DNA of 63,990 nucleotides, counting the filler, from Porpidia crustulata (taxonomy: Eukaryota): the NCBI GenBank assembly GCA_964255105.1. It is 4 parts of 4 records of this genome, joined end to end, with 100 filler letters (N's around TTAATTAATTAA, not from the genome) between each part and the next. Parts side by side here need not be neighbours in the genome. Positions count along the whole stretch, not along the records: positions 1 to 16,106 come from CAXUWE010000273.1; 3 more parts are not named here. One strand, given 5' to 3'. The position numbers were made by a program, and so were the translations under genes. The notes under the pieces were generated by a model. It did no database searches. It was not told the origin of the DNA and saw nothing but the letters and a program-made list of their open reading frames with translations. Every line of letters starts with the position of its first letter. Within the stretch, counting starts at the first letter, position 1. Below are positions 1 through 13,273 of this stretch, piece after piece.

Positions 1-825
1 GGGGAAAAGGGGGTATATGAGTGGGTAGAGGAGGCAAAGGGGATGTACGGTTGGTGATTCCCTTCCTAAAATCAGCGTTTACTATCAAATATCAATGCCG
101 AAGATCCTCTTACTCGAGATATCCAGCTAGCAAATTATCACTTCTGGTGACTATAAATTATTCCGATTAAAGAAACGTTTAGACTCTTCTATCGTATAAG
201 TTTTGTGCTAGATAACAGCTAATAGGTAATACAGATATTGCAAAGTAATAGTCTGTCAGGAGAAGACTTCAGTATCTGGTCACTAACTTTGCCATCGCAT
301 GAATCCATCTAGACTTCGACGTAGGCATCCTTATCATTGTTGAAAATACGACTCAACGCCCCATCTATCTACCCATTTCTGTCCATCTCACCACATAGAA
401 AATATCTATTAACCACCCAATACAACAAAACACATCCTGTCAGCTCCGATATGGAAAGCTGTAGACATGAAAACAAACCTTCGTGAACACGACCCTACCC
501 AACACAAAACCTTTTCAACCAACTCCAACCCAGCACAATCCTCCATATCAGCTCATCCAAGATCAACTCCAGTCATGCCAACCAATTCAAACACCTCTAG
601 ATACCGCCCAACAAGCGGATTCGCCAAACCTGCACCGCGCATACGCAGTTCCCCTTTTTATGCAGATCCCTCTATCCCTTGAAGGAAACATTCATCTCAT
701 CCTTCCCACTCGATCTCCAAGAAATTCAGACCGGTCAAAATGGCACGCTGAATATAAACCGACCTCTCGCTCCAATCTGAGCTCCAAATTGTGGATATCG
801 TAATGCGAGGTGCTCATTCCAGCGG

Positions 826-3800
826 CTATTCCTGAGCATCATGCCAATCTTCCGATTCCACTTCCTCATCCTCAATCCGTTGGCCACCGCTCTTGGTCGA
901 TTGTCCATCGCTTGATATTGATTCTTCGTCAGGGGCCATGGATTCGTCGTCAAATTCCAGGGATTCGATTCTGCTTCGGGCGGGCGAAGACTCGTCCGAG
1001 GTCGGGTCGACGATGCTGTCCATGAGTCCCACAAATGCGGCGTACCATCTCTCCGGCCCTTCATCAGGGGTAAAAATGAAGAATTGTGACCAGTCCACGT
1101 TATAGTCTCTTCGCCACTGAGCGTTCTCTAAAGCCGTCGATCCCCACAAATCTCGCTTTTCGACATTGATACCCTTCAATCGGGCAGAGCAAAGAATGTT
1201 CAAGAATGCAATGTCGCCAGAGTATGCTGCGAAGTGAAGTATGGTCTCTTGCGTGTCATTGTCTATGAATTTGTAGTTAAGCTTTTCGTCACCAAGGAGA
1301 ATCTTCAATCCCGGTCGGTGGGAGTATCGGATTGCATCGTGGATTGGCTTCTCGTTGTACTTATCTTTCTCATTAATGTCACCACCTTGCGCTAGCAAAA
1401 ATTCTAGCGTTTGAGTATTGTTGTGTTCAAGTCCTATTTGGACTGCATTTCTGCTAGAGCCGTTCTTGGCAGCGATGTCCGCCCCGGACTTCACAAGTAG
1501 CTTTGCTATTTCAACATTGCCATGCCCGGCGGCAAAATGTAGTGGGGTCTCCCCATCATAGTCTACATTGTTAACATCTGCCCCTCCACTCAGCAGGATA
1601 TTCAATACCCCAAGGCCTGATTTTCCCAAGAGTGCCCAACATAACGGAGTCTCGCCTTCTCGGTCCCTCTGATTGGGGTCAGCTCCGCGAATCAAAAGCT
1701 GCTCAACAGTGTCGGCATCGTTCCGTTGCGCGGCCCACAAAAGCGTGCTTCTGTGGTAATTATCGCCTTGGTCAATCGTGTCTCTAGGGCATGATTCTAA
1801 CAGCTCTTGAAATGATTTGCTGGATATCCCTAAATACGTCTCATGTAGTTCGGTAAATCCAAAGGTTTCCAGCAAGCACTCGAAGAGGTTACGCCTACCA
1901 ATGTCGAGTTCACTAGGAGAATCTAAACCAAGACTTGGCATCCAAGCCCGGCCTGAGGGACTGTTCCCAAAAATGTCTTGAAGGTTAGGGTCGGCGCCAG
2001 CAGCAATTAAAAACTTTATAACGTCCATTTGGTCATATATCACTGCCAACTGATAAACGTCAATACATTGCAATCAATCCAAGGCCAGATTACGCCTACA
2101 AGAAGGGCTGAACAATTGCTGTCATCGACGTCAAGGACTGGTGCTTTCCCATCGGTAATTAAATGTTGGACGTGGGAGACCTGGCCGGTGCAGGCCGCTA
2201 CAAATATATCTGCAGTATCAGGACGAACCCTTAAAGTCCTTAAGCAAAATTCGGGGCCAGTCCCTTAGGATTGTCAGCCAGTCCGCGCATCTATTTGACG
2301 AGTCTACGGTGCAACTGATTTCTTTGGATTTGAGCGGCTCATCGATGATGGGAATCTGATGTTGATAACAATGATATGTCGACCAGATATTCAGGAGAAA
2401 CAAAACTCTAAATGGTGAAGAGATGTTTCTCGGTAACCAATCTGAGTGTTGGGCAGTCATAGGGTGCTAAAGAACCACGAAAATATCACGCAGCTGCTAG
2501 AGAATTGTAGAAACTCAAGTCACAAGCATTACAGAAGTACAGTATTCCGAATAAGGTTAAGTGAAAAGTGAAAAGCGAAAAGCCTTGAGTCCTAACTATA
2601 TTCGAAGGATGTACTGGATGACTGACCTTGATGGCATGCCAAAATCATAGAGATGCCCCGACATAGAGCCCAATGTGGGAATATGTAGACAATTGTGGCG
2701 GTAGCTGATGAACGGCCCGTACAACGAGTAGAGTCGCATTTGCCGTCAAATAGACTCGGAAAAGCAGAGTAGCCTATGAAGAGCGAGCCAAGGACACTAC
2801 TTAGGACGCTCGAACTCCTCAAATGACGCTGTTTATGGCAAGAACAATGACAAGTGACGTTGCAACGGCTACTGAATCGGAGCTGGAACTGTGTGTTGCT
2901 GAAGGGTTTTGCCAGAACTTCTGAGCCTCGAGCTGATACATCAGGACTATTTGTGGCTATAGATGCGTGTCCGAAATCTACTTCTCTCGAGGCGTCCGTG
3001 GTGTTTAGCTGGGAGCTAATGTCGAAGCCAGTAGCAGGACCAATATGTTGCAGTGCGTCTCTCTCTTGATGTTCTTGTTGAAGCGTTTCTATTACGAAGG
3101 TCTCTAGAGGCTGGTTTTGATGGACAGCCCGGATCGTAGTTTCTACATGTTCTTCGAAAGATTGACGCCTTTGCAAATCTGTGATGACTTGTAGGCTCAT
3201 TGACCTTTTCGAGTCAGCTATTGTTGACAATAAAGATTCTCAAAGGCCTAAAGTGATTCAACATTCTAGAATGCCCTCGTGTGTAGGGGGTCAATCGAAA
3301 GATGCAGTAAGGTTAAGGAGTAAGAATGGAAGCAAACGACCTAGTCTAATGGCGGCATATAAATAGCCTTAAAAAAAGCTGCTTTCAAGGTTCCTAAAAG
3401 TAGAAGACATGATGGACGAGGATACCATAGACCCAACATAGTTCCCTTCCAACTCAACAGACACGAACACAAAACCAAAGCACTGATTGTGTAGACGGGA
3501 AGGAACAATGTCTTGGCACTCACGAAGTCAACACGGTGGAAGCCACACCTGAGTTCTCCCTGTCATTCCAGAGCTTTCGTCGCAACTCCTCTAGTTGACG
3601 TCGCGACTGCATCCACGCCCCTTTCCGGAGCTTGACTTCATTAGTACGACTGTCAACGTTAGTGAGCTTGTAAGCCATGATTTGCTCGAGTTGCAGCAGC
3701 GTCCCTTTCAAATTCTCTAGTGCCCTACAGACACTTTGAGTGATCGGTCTCCCTACTATGTCTTGATAACCTCGCGTCAAACCATGAACGTCCTGCACCA

Positions 3801-3948
3801 CGAACTCTACATCCGCAATTTCATTGTTCAGGGCAAGAAAAGCGGCAGGCGCTTCTTTGAGACACCTGAGCTTTTCGAGACCTATGTAGATTTTGCCACT
3901 GGCTCCCAATATGGTCAGAATCCCGACGCTGATTGACAGTGGATCCAT
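826..3948 (-). CDS. Ankyrin-repeat protein with N-terminal HeLo-like/fungal N-terminal helical domain (4 exons, ~796 aa)
   Basis: Exons 3948-3524, 3204-2627, 2263-2100 and 2049-826 splice in phase through GT-AG introns (branch points GCTGAC, GCTGAC, ATTGAC). N-terminus MDPLSISVGILTILGA; Cys cluster CNVTCHCSCH; multiple ankyrin repeats (GETPLHFAAGHGNVEIAKLLVKSGADI); acidic tail. Confidence 0.85.
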
Positions 3949-4610
3949 CGGGGACGGCAACACCAAGCTTGGCTTCCAAGCCCAGCTTCTTGAAGCCGAA
4001 GTTCACAAGGCTGAGCGAATCGGATGGAAGGCGTATAGCAACGAATAAGTGTTGTTGTGTCGAATCGCTGAGCTTTTTGATGGCTCGAATGATGGCAGCG
4101 ACCAGTAGATTGTATGAGAAGAAAGGATTGTTGGCCAGATGATTCTTGTTGTAATAAGGTGAGACGATGAAACAGATAAGTAGGACAAGTCGGCTGTGTT
4201 CTCGGGTTACACCGCTCTAGAGAAATAGGTTTTATTCCACCAGGGCCAATAATCTTTCGCGGCCAAATGTCGCAAGTTTCTACTATCCTATATTCCTCTA
4301 ATAGGCAGTCGCGGCCTGTCTCGGACTTCCCATATCCATATAGAAACCTCTCTTCACTAAAGAGATGTGGGAATCTATTGTCTCTCGGGTTTACACATAC
4401 TGTATCTTTTGTGACGCAAATCTCAATATTGTACATCCGTAAAGCCAGTGATAATGAGATCTCTCCACTCAAGTCGTGAACCGTACTCTGGAATCTCATA
4501 TATTCAGGGCGCTGAAGTGCAAGATGAAGAAGCAGTCCACCCTTAGAAGAAACGTAATGATCAAGAATGTACACGGAAGCGAAAGTACCGCTCAAAACAC
4601 GAAACACATC

Positions 4611-7600
4611 TCACGCCGTGGTAATTTCAGCGCCGGTGTCTTGCGCTTCTCCCTCGCCCATGACCTGCGCGGCTGGAGCACGGCTCGCATAGATTTTATC
4701 CTTCTGCGCCTGCGCAGTCTGAAGGCAATCGATATATGTCCTGAACTTGACAATCTCGTGAAGGAGATACGACGACTTGCGTTCCCAATTCGCCATCGCT
4801 TTGTTGGAGTTCGGGTGGCGTGAAGAGAACTGTATCGTCGTCAGTGTGGAACAATGAGCAGGTAATGGAAAGCTTACGGCAAGCAGCATTGCACTTCTCG
4901 ACTCGTTGTGCTTTTGCAACTCGTCTTCAATATTCTTCACATAAGCTAGAAGCGCTTTCAATTGATCGACTTCCATGAGAACACTAGCGACCATGCTTTG
5001 CTGCGGAGGTGTCCAGTCGCTGATGAGAATCTTATCACCAGGAAGCTTGGGTCTGAAGCTGCCCTGATCAATGGAGCTCCTAATCGAGCTTTGCAGACTT
5101 GGTCGAGGACCTGTGAGACCAGCCGATGATGGAACACTCTCAAGGGGAAGGGCAGAATTGATGACAGCGTCACTCCAGCCGTACTCGATGTTACTGATAC
5201 CTCCCACCAGAGGCTCTTTCGATAACCTAGCACTCCAATAATTTGCAGTAGTCACAAACTCCTTGACAATCTCTGGAGTGCCGACTTGGAAAAGGTGCAC
5301 GGCTCCAGTAGGCAAACTCAAGGCCCAGACGTGTGGCCTGTTTTTGGAATATCCAGGTGGAGGAAGCGCACTCGCTATTGTGTGGCGAAGTAAGAATGTC
5401 CCAAGAGCTTCGGCACTATCGGCCCAATTCCCTCCGCCAACGACACCGCCGGGTGCCTTTTGGCTCTTTGCCTTTTGACGCATCGACTTGGCGTTCATGC
5501 TAAATGAGAAGAGACGCATCCAGCCTTTCTCAATGACCGCGAAATTCTCTACCCAGTTCCTATCCTTGGATTTCTTATCGATCGAGTCTAGATGGTGCTT
5601 GTGCTTAAGAATGCCTTCCTTCGCCCACGGCGCGCCAGCCAGTTCAAGGGTCTCATCCTCGAGTAGTGGAGCAATTCTCATACTTTCCTCGGCTGGTTCC
5701 AGGCCGGCAGCGTCTTCACGGATGATGGCCTGGCTAAGTGCATTGGCAAATCCTATAGATTGCTTGTAATCTCCTTGCGGGTAGTTGGACGCAAGGGAGT
5801 CAATAGACATTGAAGTTTGGGTCTTGCCAAGGGAATACTTGCTCCACGTACTTGATACAGACGGGCTCCACACAGACGACTGATCTTCGAGGCTTGTTCG
5901 ACTGGATCCGATTGTAGAAGCCGGATAGAGACGAGGTCGAGACCGAGCCTTGGATGTCCAGCGGCCAGTACCTAGACGATTTTCTGCTGTCCGACCCCTG
6001 TGGCTCTGGTTCTCAGAGCCGGCCTTACTAAGTACACTTGGTGTGCGCCGGAGCATGTTGTTCGTTATGGTTGAGAAGCTGCTGACTTGCGGCTTTTGAT
6101 CAATAATCGTCTCGGGTTGATCGCTTCCATGCAGCGGCAATCGTTCTTGGCGAATCGAGTTGAAGAAACTTTTGAGCACGATCTCGACCTGAACTTCCCA
6201 GGTGTTCATTTTGTTGTTGAAAGGAGCCTTGACCAAAGGCCCGCAGTCGTCCACGGAAGTGTCATATTCCAGGGTGGTAGCTGTGATGCCCGAGAGGTAA
6301 GATTGAGCAGCCTGATCAGAAGGTCTTGTGGACAGCCTGTAGCTTGGTCTACGACCTTCGAAGGAACGCCTTCCTTCCTGAGATTCAGTAGCTGAACCGA
6401 CGACCGACTCTCTCCAAGATTTAGATGGTAAAGTTGAGGCTCGTTTGTTCTCAAAACTATCTGGTGCGGAGTCTGCTGCCACGCGACGAATAGTTGGGAG
6501 GGTGTTCTTGATGAATTGCGGACGTGTCATCTTCTGCTCTATCTCGGCCAAATGTAGGTCGGTATTGAGCATCAAGATCGAGTAGCAGATAGTATGCACG
6601 ACGTCTATGTTTATATCAGCTAGTGCGCAAAAATCTTCCATGAAACGTACCTGTAGCTTTGAAGCCGTGGTTCGTATTGCATGCACACCAGCGCGCAGAG
6701 AAGGCATCCAGTATCCGATCCACCTGTTGAGTTTCGCCTTTTAGTAGTAGCTTACTACATAAGTCCCGTAAAGCAGTGAGGATATTTAGATTCTGCCATC
6801 GGAAGAGTTCCATATATGCCTTCCGTACACGCAGACGGTCAGGACCAGCATCCCCAAGCCAACCTGCTGCTTTCGCACGGGTCACTAAACTCTCATCGCC
6901 ATCGTAGACTTTATTTGCCAAGTCCCGCTCGTCCTTGGTTGGTGTTGTAAGATCAATAGCGGGGCTATTGATTTCGGTAGTAAGCTGGGTAGGGCTGACA
7001 GCAATATCGTCCCCAATGCTTGGTCTCTGTACTGGCTGAGTGGATGAGGCCGAATGGTAGTCACTGATAGGACTCGCGGGTGACGTAGGAGCGCCTTCGA
7101 GAGGAAGAGACAACTTCTCCAACTTCTTACCTTCATCGTCGGAGTCAGCTGGTTCCAGCCATACCCGACGTGGAGAGCCGGGAGAACTAGGTGGTGAGGT
7201 CTTCTTCCTAGAAGATGTGACGCTAGCGGGCGTGAGCCAGTTCTTCGAATCAAGCCTTTTGGGGACATTCTTCAAGGGAACAGTATCACCCTTAACCAAG
7301 GGTGCTTTCGGACTTCCAATGGTTGTCAAGGCGCGTTCCTTAGGTTTCCCTTGTACATCTGTGAGTGGCACCATGCGCATATTTTCCTTACTGTAACGTG
7401 GTGCCATGTCTGCTGAGCTATACGCAGCCAGTTTGTTTGGAGTCGTTGATGGGGATGCAAGAGGCTCTGCTTTGCTGGTAGGTCTAACAGGTCTAGTCTC
7501 AGTGCTACTGCTGTCATTCAGAAATGAGTCGCCGTGCGTCACGTTAAGTTTGTCGTCGGAATTAAGTTCCATTCCCCGAGCGCTTTCCCGATCGAGGTGG

Positions 7601-9324
7601 GCGACATCATGATTCTGGCTTTGAGAAGGGAAGCTAGTCTTAGAGTCAAAGGCAGTCTTGGGGGTTTTTGATACTAATCTGATGGTCGAATCGCCTTGGA
7701 TGCCGTCGTGGACTAATTGGGCTGAGCTAAGCTCCGTAGATTGTGAAGGGAACATTCCATCCGAATACTGTTGAGAACTATTGAGGTATGGAGTCATGAT
7801 CTTACGAAGGCTGCTTACTGATGAACTCGTTTCCAAAGTTCGATCGGCTGATCCATCGTTCGAATCGTTGGTATAGTGGGAATATAGGTGTAATGGTAGG
7901 ACTGGAGGTGGGTTGCACTCAGAAACCGACTTCTTCCGTCTTCTGAAGAATGAAGAAGGTTTTTTGATCAGCGTCGGTGGCATATTCTCCTTGGCAGGTT
8001 GTGCAGGAAGACTGTGGTTAAGCCTCTGAGGTATTACATATCCACTATGGGAGTCTATTCCTTCGCTGGACTGAGCGTATGAATCCTGGGACGGGAAATC
8101 GTTGTTCATAGGCGCATTATTCTTTGAAGACCCAAATACTCTTCTGAAGAATCCTGGCCTTTCTTTGGCTTGACCTTTCGGGATGGAAATCAATCCTTGT
8201 GCAGATACTGACGATACGGCATGCGGATTACTGAGAGGGCTGGCGGCTCTTGGGTTTGCAAATGCTGGAGACGGAAGCATCTGCGACTCAAGGCTCATCT
8301 CTGCAGCAATGTTCGCATTTACCACCCGGCTTTCCAAGACCCTAATTTCACCTTTCTCCCGTTTACTTCTCGAAGACTTTCCACTATTCTTGCGTCGGAC
8401 GGCCGGCGCTTGGGGAGGTGCGTACGTGGGATGTGGAGGATGTGCTGGTGAGCGATCTCTGCTGTGGGGCCCAACCGGGACAAATGGCATAGGTGCGGCG
8501 TCAATGTTATCGTAGATGCGAGACTGAGAGAGGCTGTGGATCATCGGCATGCGCATTGAAGCGCTTGAGGAAGATGTATGTGTTCTCCGACTGCTCCGTC
8601 CATGATCGAAACTCGAAGAGCGTCGGCCCATAGCATGCTGCCATCGCGGCCCCATCATCTGCCCAAAATCTACACTCGACGATCCGCTGCTCTTGCTGCT
8701 CTTCCTGCCACTTCGGGAGGGTGGAATCGAGGATTTATCCTCGCCACCTGCCCGTTGAGCCTGGTATACCTTGGATCTTGTAGAATCGATTGTCTTCTTT
8801 TGAATATTGTCTATCTGTGCAAGTGCTGACTGAAAATTTGAGCTGCTATTACTGTGGTGCCCTCGCGGGGTCTGATTGGAGCTGCGATCAGAAGTTCTGT
8901 CCGCGAGAAATACGTGCTCGGGACTGCTTGAAGAAGGCAGTAATTGGCTGCGTTTGTAGTCGTCTGCCTTGGTGGAGTCGGTTGGGTCTTCTGCATATGC
9001 GGTGTAAAGAGCCGGCGGGTCGGGGTTCAAGGACATGAGCATGTTATCAACAACTGAGTGGCGTGCATTGTCTGTCAATGACAGATCATGTGAGATCCTT
9101 TCGCTTCTATCGTTGTGTGTTTGCTCTCCACCGCCCCTTGCATTGACGCCGTTCGGATCGAAATATGTTTCGCGTGGGGTCTGCCGGCTGTTCTGCGGTT
9201 TTGACGCACGTCGTCCGGTCGCACGAACTCTGTGTACTGGTGTATGAGGGGGTGATCCTAGAGAGTCGTGCCTCTTTGGGGGCCGTCCCATCGTGGGTGC
9301 TGGAGTATCTTTGCGGTCTATCAT
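4611..9324 (-). CDS. Sec7-domain Arf guanine-nucleotide exchange factor with C-terminal PH domain (Syt1-like)
   Basis: Sec7 motif LKGETQQVDRILDAFSARW joins VVHTICYSILMLNTDLH across intron 6650-6605. PH-like KEGILKHKHHL...RPHVWALSLPTGAVHLFQ...NYWSARLS. Second in-frame intron 4877-4830. Start codon uncertain. Confidence 0.9.
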
Positions 9325-10769
9325 TGCGGCGAGGGCTCCTGAACGCGTCTCAAATGATATTTAGGGATGACATGACACTGGCGACCAGCGCAAATTGATA
9401 CAATACTGCCGAATACACGAAAGCAGTCTCATTTATGATCTCTGCTGTGTTGCAAGAGAGTCGTGGAACATGTCTTTGGGACTTTGCTCATGTCGACAAA
9501 AGGGGGAAGGGGGGTGGGGGTGGATGATATTGATGTGCTTGGCAAAAGCCGCTTAAGCATTTTAAAACCCGCTAGTTTATTTAGAGTACCGGCACTACCG
9601 GCTTACAGGGATAGGATGCCGCATACTTTCTGGGGTACAACTTGCAGAACATTCCTTCCCCTGGACTACTCAATTGCTCGATGATAAGTAACAAGTATAG
9701 AGTAGATATTTCCTCGATGCTGCTGCGTTCCACGTACAAGAGGACTTCACAAACATCTCCGAGTATGAGCAAGGCACACTATCTTGACGTGAGACTTATG
9801 AAGCGCTTTTTTCAGAACGTGGAGAAATATTTGGTTGATTACGTTTGGAGAAAACATCGTTTCTTATGCTACATCGGATTGAATAACATGTTTGTTCAGT
9901 CAGTCAAGGGAATAGTCGCGAATGTCTTCTTTCTTGGTCGCAACAGCTATTTACAATAAGACATAAGGCCAGATCCAGTGGTTCGGAAGCTAGCTGAAAG
10001 AACTTAACTTGCAATTTGGCAGTGCAAGCTCTCCTCGCTATTGAAAGGAGACATGAATGCTCCGCGCGACTAGGTCGAATGTCGGTCCTTTCAACAAATT
10101 GGAGACCGGTTTTTCAAGGACTAGAGTTGGGAGAGAAGATGTTGGAGTCCTATGCAGAAGTGTATGTGTGTGCCCTTCATGTCCACAATCTTAGATATCG
10201 ATACAGATATTGAAGTCGTATGAAAGAGATTGCCTCAAAATGCTTCGGCGAAGACGATTTTGCTACAAGTTGAACGTGCTGATGGTAGGCACTGTACTTC
10301 AAAGTCAGCGTACTTCATGATCAAATTACGACCATCGTAGCGATAGTAGCTTGGGCTTGAGAAAGCGAGGTGAAGCCTTGAGCTGTTGGGGGCACATGTC
10401 CCACCGTGCTCAGTATTTTAGGACGAAGCTTGTCGTTCCAGAACTCTGATGCCCGCTAATCATGGTTGGACTTCGTGCTGAGATCACTTTCCGTGTATCT
10501 GACCAGGAGACGCGGATATTCCGTGTGCAGGTGATAACGCGTACGGCATAGAGTATGGACTGCCGTAGATATCACCAACTCAGATTTGAGAATTTGAAGA
10601 AGTAGGGGGAAATCTGCTTTTACCTCCCTTTTTGATGAGATACTTCGTCGGCAAAATGTCTCTTCGCAAAGAATCTATACAACTGAGTCGTCTTCTCAAT
10701 TTTAAATTACTTGTTAATGCCACTCGAGTTCAGTCTCGTAGACATATCTCTCCTGTTTTCATGTCACCT

Positions 10770-11460
10770 TGGAAATCAATAGGAGAAGCTCCTCGGCGTT
10801 TAAAAGGACATCTTTTCTGGACCGGGCTAGAGCAGTGCTAGATCCCGAAGAGTACGTGCATTCTATGGAGGATTTCATCGATTGGTACGATAGCGTCCTG
10901 AACTTGGTGGAGGAGCTTTCAAAGAACTTTCCAGATGAGAGACAAAAGTACACTTTGATGAAAAGGGTAAATGTTACTAAAGCGATCTTGTTCATTCTGT
11001 TGACAGATACTAACAGCAGCTATTGTCCGCGCGAAGCCCCGTCCGTTAGGCTGTATCCTAGAGCCTATAGTCTTATCGCCCAAATGCAAATGTTGTTTCT
11101 CAATCTGACTATCAATCTATTTTCTGCGAGCTCAGAGACTTTTTCAGACGACAACATCGGAACTCCGTTGCAGCAATAAGACAGCTCGGCGTTCTGGAGG
11201 TACGGTTTCAACGAGCGTACCTGGACGGGTAAGAACTGGATTGGACCCAGCGCCGCTAGACAGATGTCGACTTCTTCGAGCTTCTTACGACGCCTGCTGC
11301 GTCAGAATCAGCCAATTTGTTTACCGAGTATAATGAAATGGGCTTTACTTAGCTGCCCGCAGAATTTTATCAACAAAGGCCGTTGTCTTCAGCAAAATAG
11401 ATAGACGATATAATCGCAGATATGAAGTGATCCAAGAGAGCATCGTTTCTGCGCCCCAGG
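10770..11460 (+). pseudogene. Decayed gene of unknown family with RIP-like stops
   Basis: Canonical intron GTAAAT(10967)...ACTAAC...CAG(11019). The spliced frame reads as protein-like (LLSARSPVR*AVS*SL*SYRP...FQRAYLDG*ELDWTQRR*TDVDFFELL) with TAG/TAA stops, consistent with CAG/CAA to TAG/TAA changes. Limits are approximate. Confidence 0.45.
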
Positions 11461-13273
11461 TGAGTCCTCTCGTTGTACGCCTTTGCCGTGACATATTCCA
11501 TACCACCATTTCCTGAATCGACCAGCAAACGTCTACGTAGGAAATTGCGCACTAGCAAGAACATCTATTCCTCGATGCCAACTCTTCGAGCTCCACGAGA
11601 AACCTGCTTTGATAAATCAACCTTTGCCAAGCCCCCTCGCGCTCACCAACAACTGATCGAAACTACGCCTACAATCAAAATAAGCGTGTAAAAAACACAA
11701 CAGGGCCTCTCGTTCCCACCTCCTCATATCAAGAACGAGCTTTGCTACAGGTTACACAGCTTTCTTGGCATACAAGAGTTCTAAGGGAGTTCAATAATGA
11801 ACGCAGAAGGTTAAGAAACAGAAGCATTTATTGGGCTGGACACTGTCCTCGGCGGCGTTCTTAGATTCGAACTGAGTAATCGCTATGTTCTTCACCCATA
11901 CACGAATGCGCAATATTTGAATCGAGAAAGAAACGAATTCGTGCATGAAAGAGGGTGTGGAAATGGACACTTAATTTGTTGTAGATACAGACTAGATATA
12001 TCGGAGTTCACTTTTGGAATGTTTTATCAGACCCTGCGGAGCGCGATACATTTCCTTCAATAACTTCTACCTTTTAAACAGTAAGTGCAGCAACATAGAC
12101 CGAATGACGTCTCATTTTCTTCTCTTGAAAGTACCATACTATCTGAACAAGGTAGAGGGGCCAGACGCTTAATTTGCAAGTGGTGCTGAAGTGACCCAGC
12201 CCCTGATAAATTTCGGTCTACCAGCCTCGTTCATGAACAGAAAGAACGCGATATAAGTCGGGCTTGTGCAGAGCTTGAAGACCGATGCGATGAAAATCCT
12301 ATCCGAAGCCAGGTCCCAATTTTTCCCAAGTCCTGTGATCCTTTCCCGAGAAAAGACAAGGTCAAGATATCCTAGAAAGGGCAAACACCGTCACACCTAA
12401 AGCCAGTTAACACTCCCTTCACTCCAGCAAATAGATTATAGCAGATCCGTACCAGCTTTTTCGCGGCCGCTCAGGCTGTATATGTTCATGTCTTGGAAAG
12501 ATTAAGCTGCTGATGATATGTTCAACCGCGATGCTTGGGAAGCCTGTCCCTGTTACAGGCTGTCGCAAAGGTATTTTTTGATATCTGGCCAGCGAATTTT
12601 TTGGAGCGGCCGTGTTGTCGGGCATGTTTCTCGGGGTGGTTTTGGGTAAGTGTGGGTATATCGATGTGGGAAGGGAGTGAATACTCGTGAAAGCAGACAG
12701 TTGTTCTCTAAGCGAGCTGGATATTTTCGGTGATATTGTCAGTGAAGATAGAATCGGTATATTTACAATCGAATTGCTTTTTATTAATCACTCTACAGTT
12801 CCGTGGATCTGCAATGCTTGACGCTGTCACGTCGACAGTGTGGCAAGTCGATAGATTGAAGCATTGATAATTTGAAAATTCAATGTCTTCACAAGATCGT
12901 TGTTTCGTATTCTCGAATGCTGACATGACAATAGCGACGTTCTTGTATCCCCAAGTTGATCGATTCAGATCTCTTCGATTAATAATTTGCAGCACATCTC
13001 TAAAGCGGGCCACAGGAGATGATGCGTCGCGACAGACGTTTTCTCCGTTTGGCCTGAACATTGCATCTCTTTTGCGCTCCAAGCATGAAGTTCGCATCAT
13101 TTTAGCGGTTGTACTCGAAAACCCAAGAAGCGCAACGACCCCGTCGATCCCATTCGCGAAGTCCGCGTTATTTAAGCTGGCTGACATTGTCCATGGCTAT
13201 AAAGGACAGGTAATGTGCGTCAAAATTTCAGCTTGAAAGGAAGTTCGACAAACAGGCGCGAGAAGCAGGAAGT

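Noticed and set aside
3915..4607. 230-aa minus-strand ORF between the Sec7 and ankyrin genes
   Set aside because: No motifs; it covers the expected 3' UTR and promoter and overlaps the ankyrin start in another frame.
12708..13236. Overlapping 159-aa and 117-aa ORFs
   Set aside because: No recognisable motifs or splice structure; they lie in the upstream region of the secreted protein gene.
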